Assembly: GCA_963748035.1 (NCBI GenBank)
Contig: CAVVHO010000006.1
Location: forward strand, 16,176-80,175
Source of the DNA: an uncultured Gemmatimonadales bacterium
GTDB lineage: Bacteria > Gemmatimonadota > Gemmatimonadetes > Gemmatimonadales > GWC2-71-9
Reading direction: 5' to 3'
Length of the DNA: 64,000 nt
The position numbers were made by a program, and so were the translations under genes. Of this stretch, positions 1-8,863 are shown piece by piece (position 1 is the first letter of the stretch; each line of letters begins with the position of its first letter). The notes beneath the pieces are model-generated. The model did not search any database. It saw only the letters and a list, made by a program, of their open reading frames with translations, and was not told the origin of the DNA.

Positions 1-1
1 C

Positions 2-172
2 GTGATGAACCAGATCCTCAACCCGGAAGGTATGTACAGCAAACATCCGGTGGTCCGGCAACTGCTCGGCGAATACATGACACAGATGCCCAATCTGGGG
101 CTGACCGTAGATCAAGCGAGAGAGGTAGTGGAGTACCTGCGGACCGAGGCACACGGTACAACCGGCAGCTGA
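2..172 (+). CDS. c-type cytochrome, 3' end only (gene begins upstream of the window)
   Basis: The frame is open from the window edge to TGA 170-172. It is absent from the ORF track because it is 5'-truncated. The tail ...YMTQMPNLGLTVDQAREVVEYLRTE resembles the C-terminal helix of class I cytochromes c. It ends 28 nt before nosZ. Confidence 0.5.
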   Translation: MMNQILNPEGMYSKHPVVRQLLGEYMTQMPNLGLTVDQAREVVEYLRTEAHGTTGS

Positions 173-200
173 ACAGCAGACACTCTGGAGAGGCCTGATT

Positions 201-2156
201 ATGCGCGAGTCTTCGTTGTCCCGAGTCCTTATCAGCGTATGCGTCGCGGCGGCGGCAGTGGTCGGAAGCGGCTGCGGCAAGTCCACCCAGGTGGGCGGCA
301 CGGGAGACGCCGCCAGCCGGGTCTACGTCCCGCCAGGGCAGTACGACGAGTTCTACATGTTCACGTCGGGTGGCTTCTCGGGGCAGTTGTCGGTGTACGG
401 GCTGCCGTCGGGACGCCTGCTTCGGGTCATCCCGGTCTTCTCGCAGGACCCGGAGAAGGCCTATGGCTACAGCGAGCAGAGCAAGCCGATGCTCATGACA
501 AGCTACGGCTTCCTGCCGTGGGATGACGCCCATCATCCGTCGCTCTCCAAGACCGATGGGATGAACGACGGCCGCTGGGTCTTCATCAACGGCAACAATA
601 CCCCGCGTGTCGCCCGGATCGATCTCGCCGAGATGAACACCAAGGAGATCATCGAGATCCCCAACGGCGCCGGCAACCATGCCTCGCCGTTCGTCACCCA
701 GGGCACTGAGTATGTGGTATCCGCGACGCGATTCAGCGTCCCGACCCCACAGCGGGACGTGCCGATCGCGAGCTACAAGGAGAATTTCGGCGGGCAGATC
801 AGCTTCGTGGCAGTGAATCCCAAGACCGGCGCAATGTCGCTGGCATTCCAGATTCACATGCCGGGCTTCGACTACGACCTGGCGCGGCCAGGCAAGGGCC
901 CGTCGCACGGGTGGGCCTTCTTCACATCGTACAACACCGAGCAGGCCAACTCGCTGATGGAGCGGAACGCCTCGCAGAACGACAAGGATGTCATCGCCGC
1001 GGTGAACTGGAAGCAGGGTGAGCAGTGCGTGGCGGCGGGCAAGGCAAAGCAGTGGCCCACACGCTACGCACATAACTGGGTCGACGAGGCCGATGTGGCC
1101 CACAGCGAGATGCTCACCGGCGCGAAGGTGCTGGAGCCCGCCGACTGTCCCGGCCTGGTGTATTTCCTGCCGACCCCGAAATCACCGCATGGCGTAGACG
1201 TGGATCCGACCGGCGAATTCATCGCCGCCGGCGGCAAGCTCGCAGCCATGATCCCGGTGCATGCCTTCAGCAAGATGCAGAAGGCCATCGCCGACAAGGC
1301 CTTCGACCGGGAGATCGACGGTATCCCGGTGCTCAAGTACGAAGCGGTGCTTGCCTGTGAAGTGAAGGATCCGGGCCTCGGGCCCCTGCACACCGAGTTC
1401 GACGCGAAGGGCAACGCCTATACGTCGATGTTCATCTCCTCCGAGATCGTCAAGTGGCGGGTCAAGGACTGCACGGTGCTCGACCGGATCCCGACCTACT
1501 ACTCCATCGGCCATCTGATGGTCATCGGCGGGGACACCCGGGAGCCCGATGGCCGGTACGTCGTCGCCCTGAACAAGATCACCAAGGACCGCTATCTGCC
1601 GACCGGACCTGAGCTGGCGCAAGCCGGTCAGCTGATCGACATCACCGGCGACAAGATGAAGCTCCTGCTCGACTTCCCGATGATCGGCGAACCGCACTAC
1701 GCCCAGGCCATCCTGGCCTCGAAGATCAAGGACAAGCAGATCCGGACCTTCGACCTGATAGGCAACAAGGATCCGTTTGCGGTGAAGGCGGAGAAGGACA
1801 CGCGGGTCGAACGCAAGGGCAACGTCGTCCATATCTACATGACGGCCATCCGCAGCCATTTCGTGCCAGACAACATCGAGGGCGTGCAGGTGGGGGACAG
1901 CGTCTACTTTCATGTGACGAACGTCGAGCAGGACTGGGACGTACCCCACGGCTTCGCGGTCACCGGCATGCAGAACTCGGAGCTGCTGGTGATGCCGGGC
2001 CAGACCCGCACGATTGCCTGGGTACCGGAACGGGTAGGCGTTTTCCCCTTCTACTGCACCGACTTCTGTTCGGCGCTACACCAGGAGATGCAGGGTTATA
2101 TCCGGGTCTCGCCCAAGGGCGCCGGGACCGCGGTCTCGTTCAATACTCCGAAGTAA
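201..2156 (+). CDS. nosZ: nitrous oxide reductase NosZ (clade II / Sec-type)
   Basis: 651 aa. DDAHHP histidine pair of the CuZ domain. C-terminal CuA motif CTDFCSALHQEM. The N-terminus MRESSLSRVLISVCVAAAAVVGSGC has no twin-arginine motif and is lipobox-like. Confidence 0.97.
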   Translation: MRESSLSRVLISVCVAAAAVVGSGCGKSTQVGGTGDAASRVYVPPGQYDEFYMFTSGGFSGQLSVYGLPSGRLLRVIPVFSQDPEKAYGYSEQSKPMLMTSYGFLPWDDAHHPSLSKTDGMNDGRWVFINGNNTPRVARIDLAEMNTKEIIEIPNGAGNHASPFVTQGTEYVVSATRFSVPTPQRDVPIASYKENFGGQISFVAVNPKTGAMSLAFQIHMPGFDYDLARPGKGPSHGWAFFTSYNTEQANSLMERNASQNDKDVIAAVNWKQGEQCVAAGKAKQWPTRYAHNWVDEADVAHSEMLTGAKVLEPADCPGLVYFLPTPKSPHGVDVDPTGEFIAAGGKLAAMIPVHAFSKMQKAIADKAFDREIDGIPVLKYEAVLACEVKDPGLGPLHTEFDAKGNAYTSMFISSEIVKWRVKDCTVLDRIPTYYSIGHLMVIGGDTREPDGRYVVALNKITKDRYLPTGPELAQAGQLIDITGDKMKLLLDFPMIGEPHYAQAILASKIKDKQIRTFDLIGNKDPFAVKAEKDTRVERKGNVVHIYMTAIRSHFVPDNIEGVQVGDSVYFHVTNVEQDWDVPHGFAVTGMQNSELLVMPGQTRTIAWVPERVGVFPFYCTDFCSALHQEMQGYIRVSPKGAGTAVSFNTPK

Positions 2157-2169
2157 TCCACTTCAGGCG

Positions 2170-2198
2170 GGGGAGGGGTGGCGACACCACCCCTCCCC
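2170..2198 (+). terminator. perfect 12-bp GC hairpin between nosZ and the next gene (attenuator or mRNA-stabilising stem-loop)
   Basis: GGGGAGGGGTGG cgaca CCACCCCTCCCC. There is no downstream T-tract. Confidence 0.4.
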
Positions 2199-2220
2199 TG
2201 TCACACTTCAAGCCCCCATC

Positions 2221-2808
2221 ATGCACCGCTACTCCCGTTTCGCACTCGCCGCAGCGGCGCTGGCACTTTCCCTGGCCTATGTCCTGCCGCTCTGGCACAT
2301 CAAGCTCAAGGCGCCACAGTATCCCGAGGGACTCGGTCTGTATATCAGCGTGAGCAAGATCGTGGGCCAGAAGCCCCAGGACCTTCAGAGCATCAACAAT
2401 CTCAATCACTACATTGGCATGAAGCGGATCATCCCGGACGCCATTCCGGAGCTGCGCTTCATGCCCGTGGTGCTCGCCGGCCTGATTGGCCTGGGCCTGC
2501 TCGCGGCGGCGAGTGGCAAGCGTTTCCTCCTCTATACCTGGGTGGGCCTGTTCGCGGCGGTCGCGTTGGCGGGCCTCGCCGACTTCTACCATTGGGGATA
2601 CGACTACGGCCACAATCTGGATCCTGAGGCCATCATCAAGATCCCGGGAATGAGCTACCAGCCTCCGCTGATCGGCACCCGGCAGCTGCTCAACTTCCGG
2701 GCGACCAGCTGGCCCGCGTCTGGAGGCTGGATCCTCATCGCCGCACTGCTGGTGGGCGGCTGGCTGGCGCTGCGGGAATTCCGCGCTGCGCGGACTGCGG
2801 CGGTCTGA
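2221..2808 (+). CDS. NosB-like 4-TM membrane protein
   Basis: 195 aa with four hydrophobic helices. It lies directly downstream of a clade II nosZ, the position occupied by nosB. Assignment rests on context and topology only. Confidence 0.55.
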   Translation: MHRYSRFALAAAALALSLAYVLPLWHIKLKAPQYPEGLGLYISVSKIVGQKPQDLQSINNLNHYIGMKRIIPDAIPELRFMPVVLAGLIGLGLLAAASGKRFLLYTWVGLFAAVALAGLADFYHWGYDYGHNLDPEAIIKIPGMSYQPPLIGTRQLLNFRATSWPASGGWILIAALLVGGWLALREFRAARTAAV

Positions 2809-2816
2809 GCCACTCC

Positions 2817-3272
2817 ATGCACACCGTTCGATCCTGTCTGATCGGACTGTTACTCGCGGTGGCGGCCTGCGGGCCAAACAGGCCCAGGGACATTGTCTGG
2901 GTCCGCGATTCATGTGCCCACTGCCATATGAGTCTCGCGGATCCGCGGTTTGCGGCCGAACTGCTGACCCGGACCGGCAAGGCGATCGTGTTTGATGATG
3001 TGGGCTGCCTCACGGCCTGGATGGCGGAGAACAGCGATCCGGTCGCTACCGCGTGGGTCGAGAGCTTCACGGCGCCCCACGGATGGATCCGGGCCGACAG
3101 CGCCGTCTATCTCCAAAGCGATACCCTGCGAACGCCGATGGCCAGCGGGCTCGCCGCACTGCGCCCGGGCTCCGAGGCCGATAGTATCAGGTCCCTCCTG
3201 GGTGGAAGCTTGCTGACCTGGTCGGAGATTCTCCGGGCTCCCCACCACCATCCCGCGGCAGGGCCCTCCTGA
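2817..3272 (+). CDS. nosL: copper chaperone lipoprotein NosL
   Basis: 151 aa. Lipoprotein signal LLLAVAAC. CAHCHM matches the NosL CxxCxM motif. Located inside the nos locus. Confidence 0.75.
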   Translation: MHTVRSCLIGLLLAVAACGPNRPRDIVWVRDSCAHCHMSLADPRFAAELLTRTGKAIVFDDVGCLTAWMAENSDPVATAWVESFTAPHGWIRADSAVYLQSDTLRTPMASGLAALRPGSEADSIRSLLGGSLLTWSEILRAPHHHPAAGPS

Positions 3273-4498
3273 TGATCCCCGCCCTGCTCCTCGTCTGGAC
3301 GCTGGCCATGGTCGCGCAACCGCCTCGGACGCTCACCGTTTCGCCGGGGTCGGCGCTGCCGACCCTCACCGCTGCACTCGCACAGGCCCGGGATGGTGAC
3401 ACGATTCTGGTCCTGGCCGGAGAATACCGCGAGCCGGTCATCACGGTAGCTCGGCGGGTGACGATCCTGGGTCAGGGATGGCCCGTGTTCCGGGGCGGGG
3501 ACCACCAGGTTCTGACGGTGACCGGCGACAGCGTCACCATTCGCGGGCTGGTGATCCGCGACGTGACCCCCAGCTCGACCGAGGACCGCGCCGGCATCAA
3601 GGTCGTGAATGCCCGGGGCTGCCGGATCGAGGACAACACACTGCTGGATACATTCTTCGGTATCTACCTGTCGAAGGTGAACGGGTGCCTGATCCGGGAA
3701 AACCGGATACGCGGCTCCGGCGCCGGCGAGCCCCTCAGCGGCAACGGGATTCACTCCTGGAGTTCCAGCGACCTGGTGATCGAGCAGAATGTGATACGGG
3801 GTCACCGCGATGGGATCTATTTCGAGTTCACGACCGGCGCGGAGGTCCAGCGCAACCTGAGCGCCGGGAATCTGCGCTACGGGCTGCACTTCATGTTCTC
3901 GCACGGCTGCACTTATGCCGGGAACACTTTCGAGGGGAACCGATCGGGAATCGCGGTGATGTACAGCCATGACGTAACCATGCTCGACAACCGGTTCGCG
4001 GCGAGCTGGGGCAGCGCATCCTACGGCCTGCTGCTCAAGGACATCACCGACAGTCGGATTGAGGGCAACACCTTCGCGGGAAACTCCGTCGGCTTCCATG
4101 GAGAAGGCACCGCACGAGTGCGGGTCACCGGAAACCAGTTTCTCGCCAACGGATGGGCGGTGCAGGTCCTGGCCGATGCGGAGGATACCGAGTTTCGCCG
4201 GAACCGCTTCGAGGGCAATTCGTTCGACGTGAGCACCAACAGTGTAAACGCCTCGAGCCGTTTCACGGAGAACTACTGGGACCGCTATGAGGGTTACGAT
4301 CTCGACCGGGACGGATTCGGCGACGTTCCATTCGCTCCGGTCCGGCTGTTCGCGCTGGTGGTCCAGCAGAACGAGCCGGCGCTGATCCTGCTCCGCAGCT
4401 TCTTCGTCTCCTTGCTCGACGCTGCCGAACGGGTGGCGCCGGTCCTGACTCCGCGAACCATGGAGGATGCACGGCCGTTGATGCGGTGGGAGCCATGA
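3272..4498 (+). CDS. nosD: periplasmic beta-helix protein NosD
   Basis: 408 aa with a signal peptide. Repeated parallel beta-helix segments (IEDNTL, IRENRI, IEQNVI, LDNRF, IEGNTF, VTGNQF). Overlaps the nosL stop by 1 nt. Confidence 0.9.
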   Translation: MIPALLLVWTLAMVAQPPRTLTVSPGSALPTLTAALAQARDGDTILVLAGEYREPVITVARRVTILGQGWPVFRGGDHQVLTVTGDSVTIRGLVIRDVTPSSTEDRAGIKVVNARGCRIEDNTLLDTFFGIYLSKVNGCLIRENRIRGSGAGEPLSGNGIHSWSSSDLVIEQNVIRGHRDGIYFEFTTGAEVQRNLSAGNLRYGLHFMFSHGCTYAGNTFEGNRSGIAVMYSHDVTMLDNRFAASWGSASYGLLLKDITDSRIEGNTFAGNSVGFHGEGTARVRVTGNQFLANGWAVQVLADAEDTEFRRNRFEGNSFDVSTNSVNASSRFTENYWDRYEGYDLDRDGFGDVPFAPVRLFALVVQQNEPALILLRSFFVSLLDAAERVAPVLTPRTMEDARPLMRWEP

Positions 4499-5241
4499 TC
4501 GTCGCCGACGGAGGCCATCAGACTGCCGCAGCCGTCGAGGCCGATGGCGTTAGTAAGCGTTTCGGCCGGCTCGAAGTGCTGAAAGACATCACGCTCACGA
4601 TTCCCGCCGGGCGGATCACCGGCCTTGTGGGTCCAAATGCCGCCGGCAAGTCCACCCTGATCAAGGCGATCCTGGGTCTGGTCCGGCCCGACGCTGGCCG
4701 GCTCACGGTACAGGGCAGCCCCGTGAATGGTGACGAGCGCTATCGCCAGTCCATCGGCTACATGCCGCAAGCCGCACGGTTCCCCGAGAACCTCACCGGC
4801 ATCGAGGTGTTGCGGATGATTCGCGACCTCCGCGGCCCGGAGCCGCTGCAGGACACCTCGCTCATCGCCGACTTTCAGCTTGAGCCTGAACTCAGGAAAC
4901 CCATCCGCACGCTCTCCGGAGGGACTCGACAGAAGCTGTCGGCGGCGATCGCATTGCTCTTCCGTCCGAGTCTCCTGATCCTTGACGAACCCACCGCCGG
5001 TCTGGACCCGATGGCGAGCGGGATCTTCAAGGAGAAGCTGCTGGCCGCGCGCGACCGGGGCGCCTCCACACTCCTCGCCTCCCACACGCTGGCGGAGCTG
5101 GAGGAACTGGCCGATGATATCGTGTTCCTGCTGGACGGGCAGGTCCGCTTCCAGGGACCAGTCGCGGGACTCATGCGGCTGACGGGCTTCGGGCGACTCG
5201 AGCGCGCCATCGCCGCCCTGATGCAACCCGGGGCCGCATGA
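4495..5241 (+). CDS. nosF: ABC ATPase NosF
   Basis: Walker A GPNAAGKST, signature LSGGTRQK, Walker B LLILDEP. ATGA overlap with the nosD stop. The ORF-track start at 4486 is also possible. Confidence 0.9.
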   Translation: MIVADGGHQTAAAVEADGVSKRFGRLEVLKDITLTIPAGRITGLVGPNAAGKSTLIKAILGLVRPDAGRLTVQGSPVNGDERYRQSIGYMPQAARFPENLTGIEVLRMIRDLRGPEPLQDTSLIADFQLEPELRKPIRTLSGGTRQKLSAAIALLFRPSLLILDEPTAGLDPMASGIFKEKLLAARDRGASTLLASHTLAELEELADDIVFLLDGQVRFQGPVAGLMRLTGFGRLERAIAALMQPGAA

Positions 5242-6029
5242 GAACCGCCTGGAAGATTCTCGGCTACCAGCTCCGGGATATCGCCCGCAACCGGTGGGTG
5301 ATCGGCTATGCCGTCGTGCTGCTGCTTCTCACGGAGGCCCTGTTCCGGCTCGGCGGCGACGGGGGACGGGTGATCCTCTCACTGCTCAATGTAGTATTGA
5401 TCATCGTCCCGCTGGTGGCGCTCGCCTTTGGCACGCTCTACCTGTACACCGCGCGAGAGTTCATCGAACTGCTGCTGGCGCAGCCGGTGGGACGGGGAGC
5501 GATGTTCGCGGGCCTGTGGGGAGGTCTCGCGCTGCCGTTGACGCTCGCCTTCGGCGTGGGCGTCGGGCTCCCCTTCCTGCTCCACGCCAGTGACGCCGCG
5601 ATCCCGCTCCGGGCCCTGCTGACGCTGGGCGCCACGGGCATTCTGCTGACGCTGAGTTTCACGGCCCTCGCATTCCTGATCGCGCTCCACATCGAGGATC
5701 GCGCCCGAGGTTTCGGGACCGCCCTCCTCGTGTGGCTCGCGGCGGCGGTGCTCTACGATGGCATCGTGCTGCTCACCGCGACGATCTTCAGCGATTACCC
5801 CCTCGAGGTTCCCCTGCTCGTACTCACGCTGCTCAATCCGCTCGACTTAGGCCGAGTGCTTCTGCTGTTGAACCTGGACGTGGCTGCGCTGATGGGATAC
5901 ACCGGCGCCGTCTTCCAGCGATTCCTCGGAACCGGGCTCGGGATGGGCCTCGCGATCACTGCGCTGCTCGCGTGGACGGCGATACCGTTGGGGTTGGGGC
6001 TTCGAAGGTTTCGCGCTAGAGATTTCTAG
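5238..6029 (+). CDS. nosY: ABC-2 permease NosY
   Basis: 263 aa polytopic membrane protein. ATGA overlap with nosF. Confidence 0.85.
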   Translation: MRTAWKILGYQLRDIARNRWVIGYAVVLLLLTEALFRLGGDGGRVILSLLNVVLIIVPLVALAFGTLYLYTAREFIELLLAQPVGRGAMFAGLWGGLALPLTLAFGVGVGLPFLLHASDAAIPLRALLTLGATGILLTLSFTALAFLIALHIEDRARGFGTALLVWLAAAVLYDGIVLLTATIFSDYPLEVPLLVLTLLNPLDLGRVLLLLNLDVAALMGYTGAVFQRFLGTGLGMGLAITALLAWTAIPLGLGLRRFRARDF

Positions 6030-6060
6030 GAGGGCCGAGGGTCGACGGTCGAGCGAAGAG

Positions 6061-6098
6061 GTACTGGGTACTAGTCTCAGTACTGAGTACGAAGTACG
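6061..6098. repeat. short GTAC-based periodic or palindromic element
   Basis: gtactgg gtactag tctca gtactga gtacgaa gtac. Imperfect hairpin between nosY and the next gene. Confidence 0.5.
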
Positions 6099-6113
6099 GA
6101 CAAGGATTACGAA

Positions 6114-6569
6114 ATGGAATGGTTCATCAAGGCGTTCATACGCGCCTCGCTCATCTGGTTCGCCGCCGGCATCGTCTTGGGGGTGGCGATCGCCGTGCAT
6201 CCGCAATGGATTGTCTATCGCCCTGCGCACGCACACATGAATGTGGTTGGCTTTCTCACCATGCTGGTGTTCGGCGTGGGCTACCAGCTGCTCCCAAGGC
6301 TGTTCGGGCACCCGCTACACAGCCAGCGGCTCGCGATCGCGCACCTCTTCTGCGCGAACGTGGGGCTGGCGGGCCTCGTCCTCGGATTCCTGCTTCAGGC
6401 CTCCATCGGGGCCTATGCCCGGTGGCTCATCGCGACCGGCGGATCGCTCTTCGCACTCGGCGCGATGCTGTGGGTCTACAACCTCTGGCGCACGTTCGAC
6501 GCCGCCGATGCCAGGCAGCGCGCCCGGGAGCAGTCGGAGCGCAAGCAGCTACCTATGATAGACAGCTAG
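6114..6569 (+). CDS. small 4-TM membrane protein of unknown function
   Basis: 151 aa with four helices and an AHAHMNVVGF histidine motif. Co-oriented, 85 nt after nosY. Confidence 0.5.
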   Translation: MEWFIKAFIRASLIWFAAGIVLGVAIAVHPQWIVYRPAHAHMNVVGFLTMLVFGVGYQLLPRLFGHPLHSQRLAIAHLFCANVGLAGLVLGFLLQASIGAYARWLIATGGSLFALGAMLWVYNLWRTFDAADARQRAREQSERKQLPMIDS

Positions 6570-6863
6570 CCTCGGACATTCCTCCGCTGGCAATGAAGCC
6601 CTGTTGGCAGGGGCTACACCTCCACTTCATCCAGCCCCCAACTGTCTCGCGACTTCACGGTCGGTGCCATGACCACCCCGGGCAAGCTCAGATATCTGGC
6701 CGTCAACGTGGGGGGTTCGCGGAGCTTATAGAAGACAGCGGGGAGAGGGGAATCCGTGCGGGAATACCACGGGAACGGGGAATGCAACCGGGGCAATACG
6801 GGATCCCCGCAAAATTCCCGAAGTGTTGCCGTTGTGTTCCCGCTTGCGGCCCCGATCGGCGTC

Positions 6864-7169
6864 TCAGTACCTGCATAAAATGGCCTGGCAGGTGTTCCGT
6901 ATGCATGACCAGCGGTTCTGTGGCGCGAAGTAGCGGTCCTGAATGGCTGACCAGCGGTCCTGAATGACGATGTGGTCGTCCTGAATGACATAGTGACGGT
7001 CCTGAATGCCAAAGGGCCTCTCCTCAATGGCTGAGTGGAACCGCTGAATGGCGTAGTGATACTTCCTGGCGGCATAGTGGTCGTCCTGAATGACGTAGTG
7101 GGACATCGGGACTGCATAGGACGACCGCCAGACTGCATAGTGGTCGTCCCAGGCAGCATAGGACGACAT
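6864..7169 (-). CDS. possible heptad-repeat protein encoded by the 21-bp array
   Basis: Minus-strand frame ending at TGA (6866-6864) reads MSSYAAW DDHYAVW RSSYAVP MSHYVIQ DDHYAAR KYHYAIQ RFHSAIE ERPFGIQ DRHYVIQ DDHIVIQ DRWSAIQ DRYFAPQ NRWSCIR NTCQAILCRY. 31 of the last 40 codons end in G or C. The first ATG is 7169, but the repeat continues upstream of it and no clear SD is present. Confidence 0.35.
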   Translation of the reverse strand: MSSYAAWDDHYAVWRSSYAVPMSHYVIQDDHYAARKYHYAIQRFHSAIEERPFGIQDRHYVIQDDHIVIQDRWSAIQDRYFAPQNRWSCIRNTCQAILCRY

Positions 7170-7210
7170 CCAGGCTGCATAGCGACGGTTCTGGGTGGCT
7201 GAGTGGGGTT
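6917..7210. repeat. 14 tandem 21-bp units in strict register
   Basis: Plus-strand units such as cctgaatggctgaccagcggt / cctgaatgacgatgtggtcgt / cctgaatgacatagtgacggt ... tccaggctgcatagcgacggt / tctgggtggctgagtggggtt. Units differ by substitutions only; no indels between units. Confidence 0.9.
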
Positions 7211-7254
7211 CTGGGCGGCAGGGAACAAGGGAAAAGGCGGGGAGGAAGGCAGTA

Positions 7255-7277
7255 GGGGCGGAGCGGTGCTCCGCCCC
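7255..7277. terminator. perfect 10-bp stem-loop
   Basis: GGGGCGGAGC ggt GCTCCGCCCC. Confidence 0.4.
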
Positions 7278-7455
7278 AATCGCGAGTGCACAATTCAGGT
7301 ACCCGGCCGAAACACGCTCCGCCGCCGGTCCTTGGTGCTGATCCTTGAGGACCCGTCGCGGCCTTCTACCCGCAAGCGCCGCTGGCCCTGTAGCCACGAT
7401 TGCGCGAGTGCGGCTCGACCTGCAGCTTTGGGTGGTCGTTCGCCCATCTGGGACC

Positions 7456-7968
7456 ATGACTCCTGCGGTTATTGCCCCGCTCTTCCTGTTTGTCCTGACC
7501 CTGAATATCACTCGACCGGGCCATGGCCAATGGCGCGGAGCCTACCTCAGCCCGCTCCTCCAGCCTGGGCCGGCCTCCCTGACCGGTTCCCTCGCGCCAG
7601 CCGGTCCGCGAAGTACCGGCCGCCTCGTGACTGGCGGACTGCTCGGCGCGACCGCGGGAGTGGCTGTCGCCATGGTCGCTTACACTGCCCTCGACCGACA
7701 GGATCCGTGCCTGGCCAGCGACTGCGATAGCGACCTCGGGTCCGGCCTCGTGGCGGCGACGGCGGGCCTGACGCTCTTTACCCCTCTTGGGGTGCATCTC
7801 GCTGACAGCCGGCGGGGCTCGTTACTCAAGGGGCTGCTGCTCAGTGCCGGCGTGGCGGCCGCTGTTTGGGCCGGCGCGGCCCTCGCCGAAGACGCCCGAT
7901 GGCTCTTGCTCATCCCCCCGGCTCAGATCACCGGCGCCGTCCTCGTCGAGCGCGCCACAGCACGCTAG
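7456..7968 (+). CDS. hypothetical membrane or secreted protein
   Basis: ORF 7345-7968. The internal ATG at 7456 gives the hydrophobic N-terminus MTPAVIAPLFLFVLTLNI, followed by Gly/Ala-rich helices. Confidence 0.45.
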   Translation: MTPAVIAPLFLFVLTLNITRPGHGQWRGAYLSPLLQPGPASLTGSLAPAGPRSTGRLVTGGLLGATAGVAVAMVAYTALDRQDPCLASDCDSDLGSGLVAATAGLTLFTPLGVHLADSRRGSLLKGLLLSAGVAAAVWAGAALAEDARWLLLIPPAQITGAVLVERATAR

Positions 7969-8004
7969 TCGGGGGCGCTCCGCCTTTCCCTCACCTGAAC
8001 TGCG

Positions 8005-8175
8005 ATGACACGCGACCAGATCCTCACTCGCATCCGCGAACTGCAGACGCAACTCGACGAGAAGCAGGCGGACCCACTCCAGAGTCGTTCGGGGGCGTTG
8101 GCTATCTCGGCGCCCCTATTGCGCGAGCTCACCTCTCTGCAAGAGCAATTGCGCGCTCTCGACTCTGGCCGCTAG
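8005..8175 (+). CDS. possible 56-aa coiled-coil protein
   Basis: ATG 8005 to TAG 8173-8175: MTRDQILTRIRELQTQLDEKQ...LRELTSLQEQLRALDSGR. Below the ORF-track size cut-off. Followed by a palindromic stem. Confidence 0.25.
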   Translation: MTRDQILTRIRELQTQLDEKQADPLQSRSGALAISAPLLRELTSLQEQLRALDSGR

Positions 8176-8365
8176 ACTGGCAGCTGGCTCTCACGGCTCT
8201 CATGTCGATGACAGAGAGCCTAGGGTCTCTCATCCGGATCCTCGCTCGGGTTTAACAGCGAAACGCGATTATTTCGAGCACCATGGGCGTTACCATCCAG
8301 CGGCGTGCCGTAGCCGGAATCCCTGCGAGGCCGCTGCTCTTTGATCACTCCCGGAAGACACGCCA

Positions 8366-8848
8366 ATGCGCCCGACTGCCGTGGTGGCACTATCGCTGGT
8401 GACCCTGGTCGCATGTACCTCGAAGGAAGGGCCCATGGATGGCGATCAACTGAGAGACTTCGCCACACGTTACACCGCTGCCTGGTGCAGCCAGGATCCG
8501 CGGCGAGTCGCGGCGTTCTTTAGTGAAGACGGCTCTCTCAGGATCAATAAGGGGAGCCCGTCGGTAGGGCGGCCGGCGATCACCACGGCGGCACAGGGAT
8601 TCATGACCGCCTTCCCTGATATGGTGGTAAGGATGGACGATGTCGGCCTGGATGGGACCCGAGCGATTTATCGCTGGACCCTGACCGGGACAAACGCCGG
8701 TCCCGGAGGATCCGGACGGGCGGTCCAAATATCTGGGTATGAGGAATGGACCATCGGCGCCGACGGTCTGATCGCGGCGTCCCTGGGGCATTTCGATGAG
8801 GCCGAGTACAACCGCCAGTTACAGAACGGCGCCGGGCAGACCCGGTAG
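8366..8848 (+). CDS. SnoaL/NTF2-like (ester cyclase family) lipoprotein
   Basis: Lipobox LVTLVAC. ...RDFATRYTAAWCSQDPRRVAAFFSEDG... is typical of SnoaL-like domains. Confidence 0.75.
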   Translation: MRPTAVVALSLVTLVACTSKEGPMDGDQLRDFATRYTAAWCSQDPRRVAAFFSEDGSLRINKGSPSVGRPAITTAAQGFMTAFPDMVVRMDDVGLDGTRAIYRWTLTGTNAGPGGSGRAVQISGYEEWTIGADGLIAASLGHFDEAEYNRQLQNGAGQTR

Positions 8849-8863
8849 TGCGCCGGACCTAAG

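Noticed and set aside
18-1103. 361-aa minus-strand ORF, plus further long antisense ORFs at 1182-1949, 2140-2913, 3107-4099 and 4294-5226.
   Set aside because: They lie opposite well-supported nos genes. They are Arg/Pro/Gly-rich with no recognisable domains, which is typical of shadow ORFs in high-GC DNA.
2895-2915. CAHCH in NosL, considered as a c-type haem-binding CxxCH site.
   Set aside because: It coincides with the NosL CxxCxM copper-chaperone motif, so the His is incidental.
6735-6830. GGGAAT-type motifs recurring every 11-13 nt (ggggaatccgtgc gggaataccac gggaac ggggaatgcaacc ggggcaatac gggatcccc).
   Set aside because: The spacing is irregular and no partner structure or ORF is evident. 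It may simply be the 3' flank of the heptad-repeat locus. Evidence is too weak for a separate call.
6917-7210. Possible CRISPR array (regular repeats). The same question applies to 20933-21102.
   Set aside because: The units are directly abutting with no spacers. They are 21, 9 or 8 bp long and degenerate, and no cas genes are nearby. These are tandem repeats and microsatellites.
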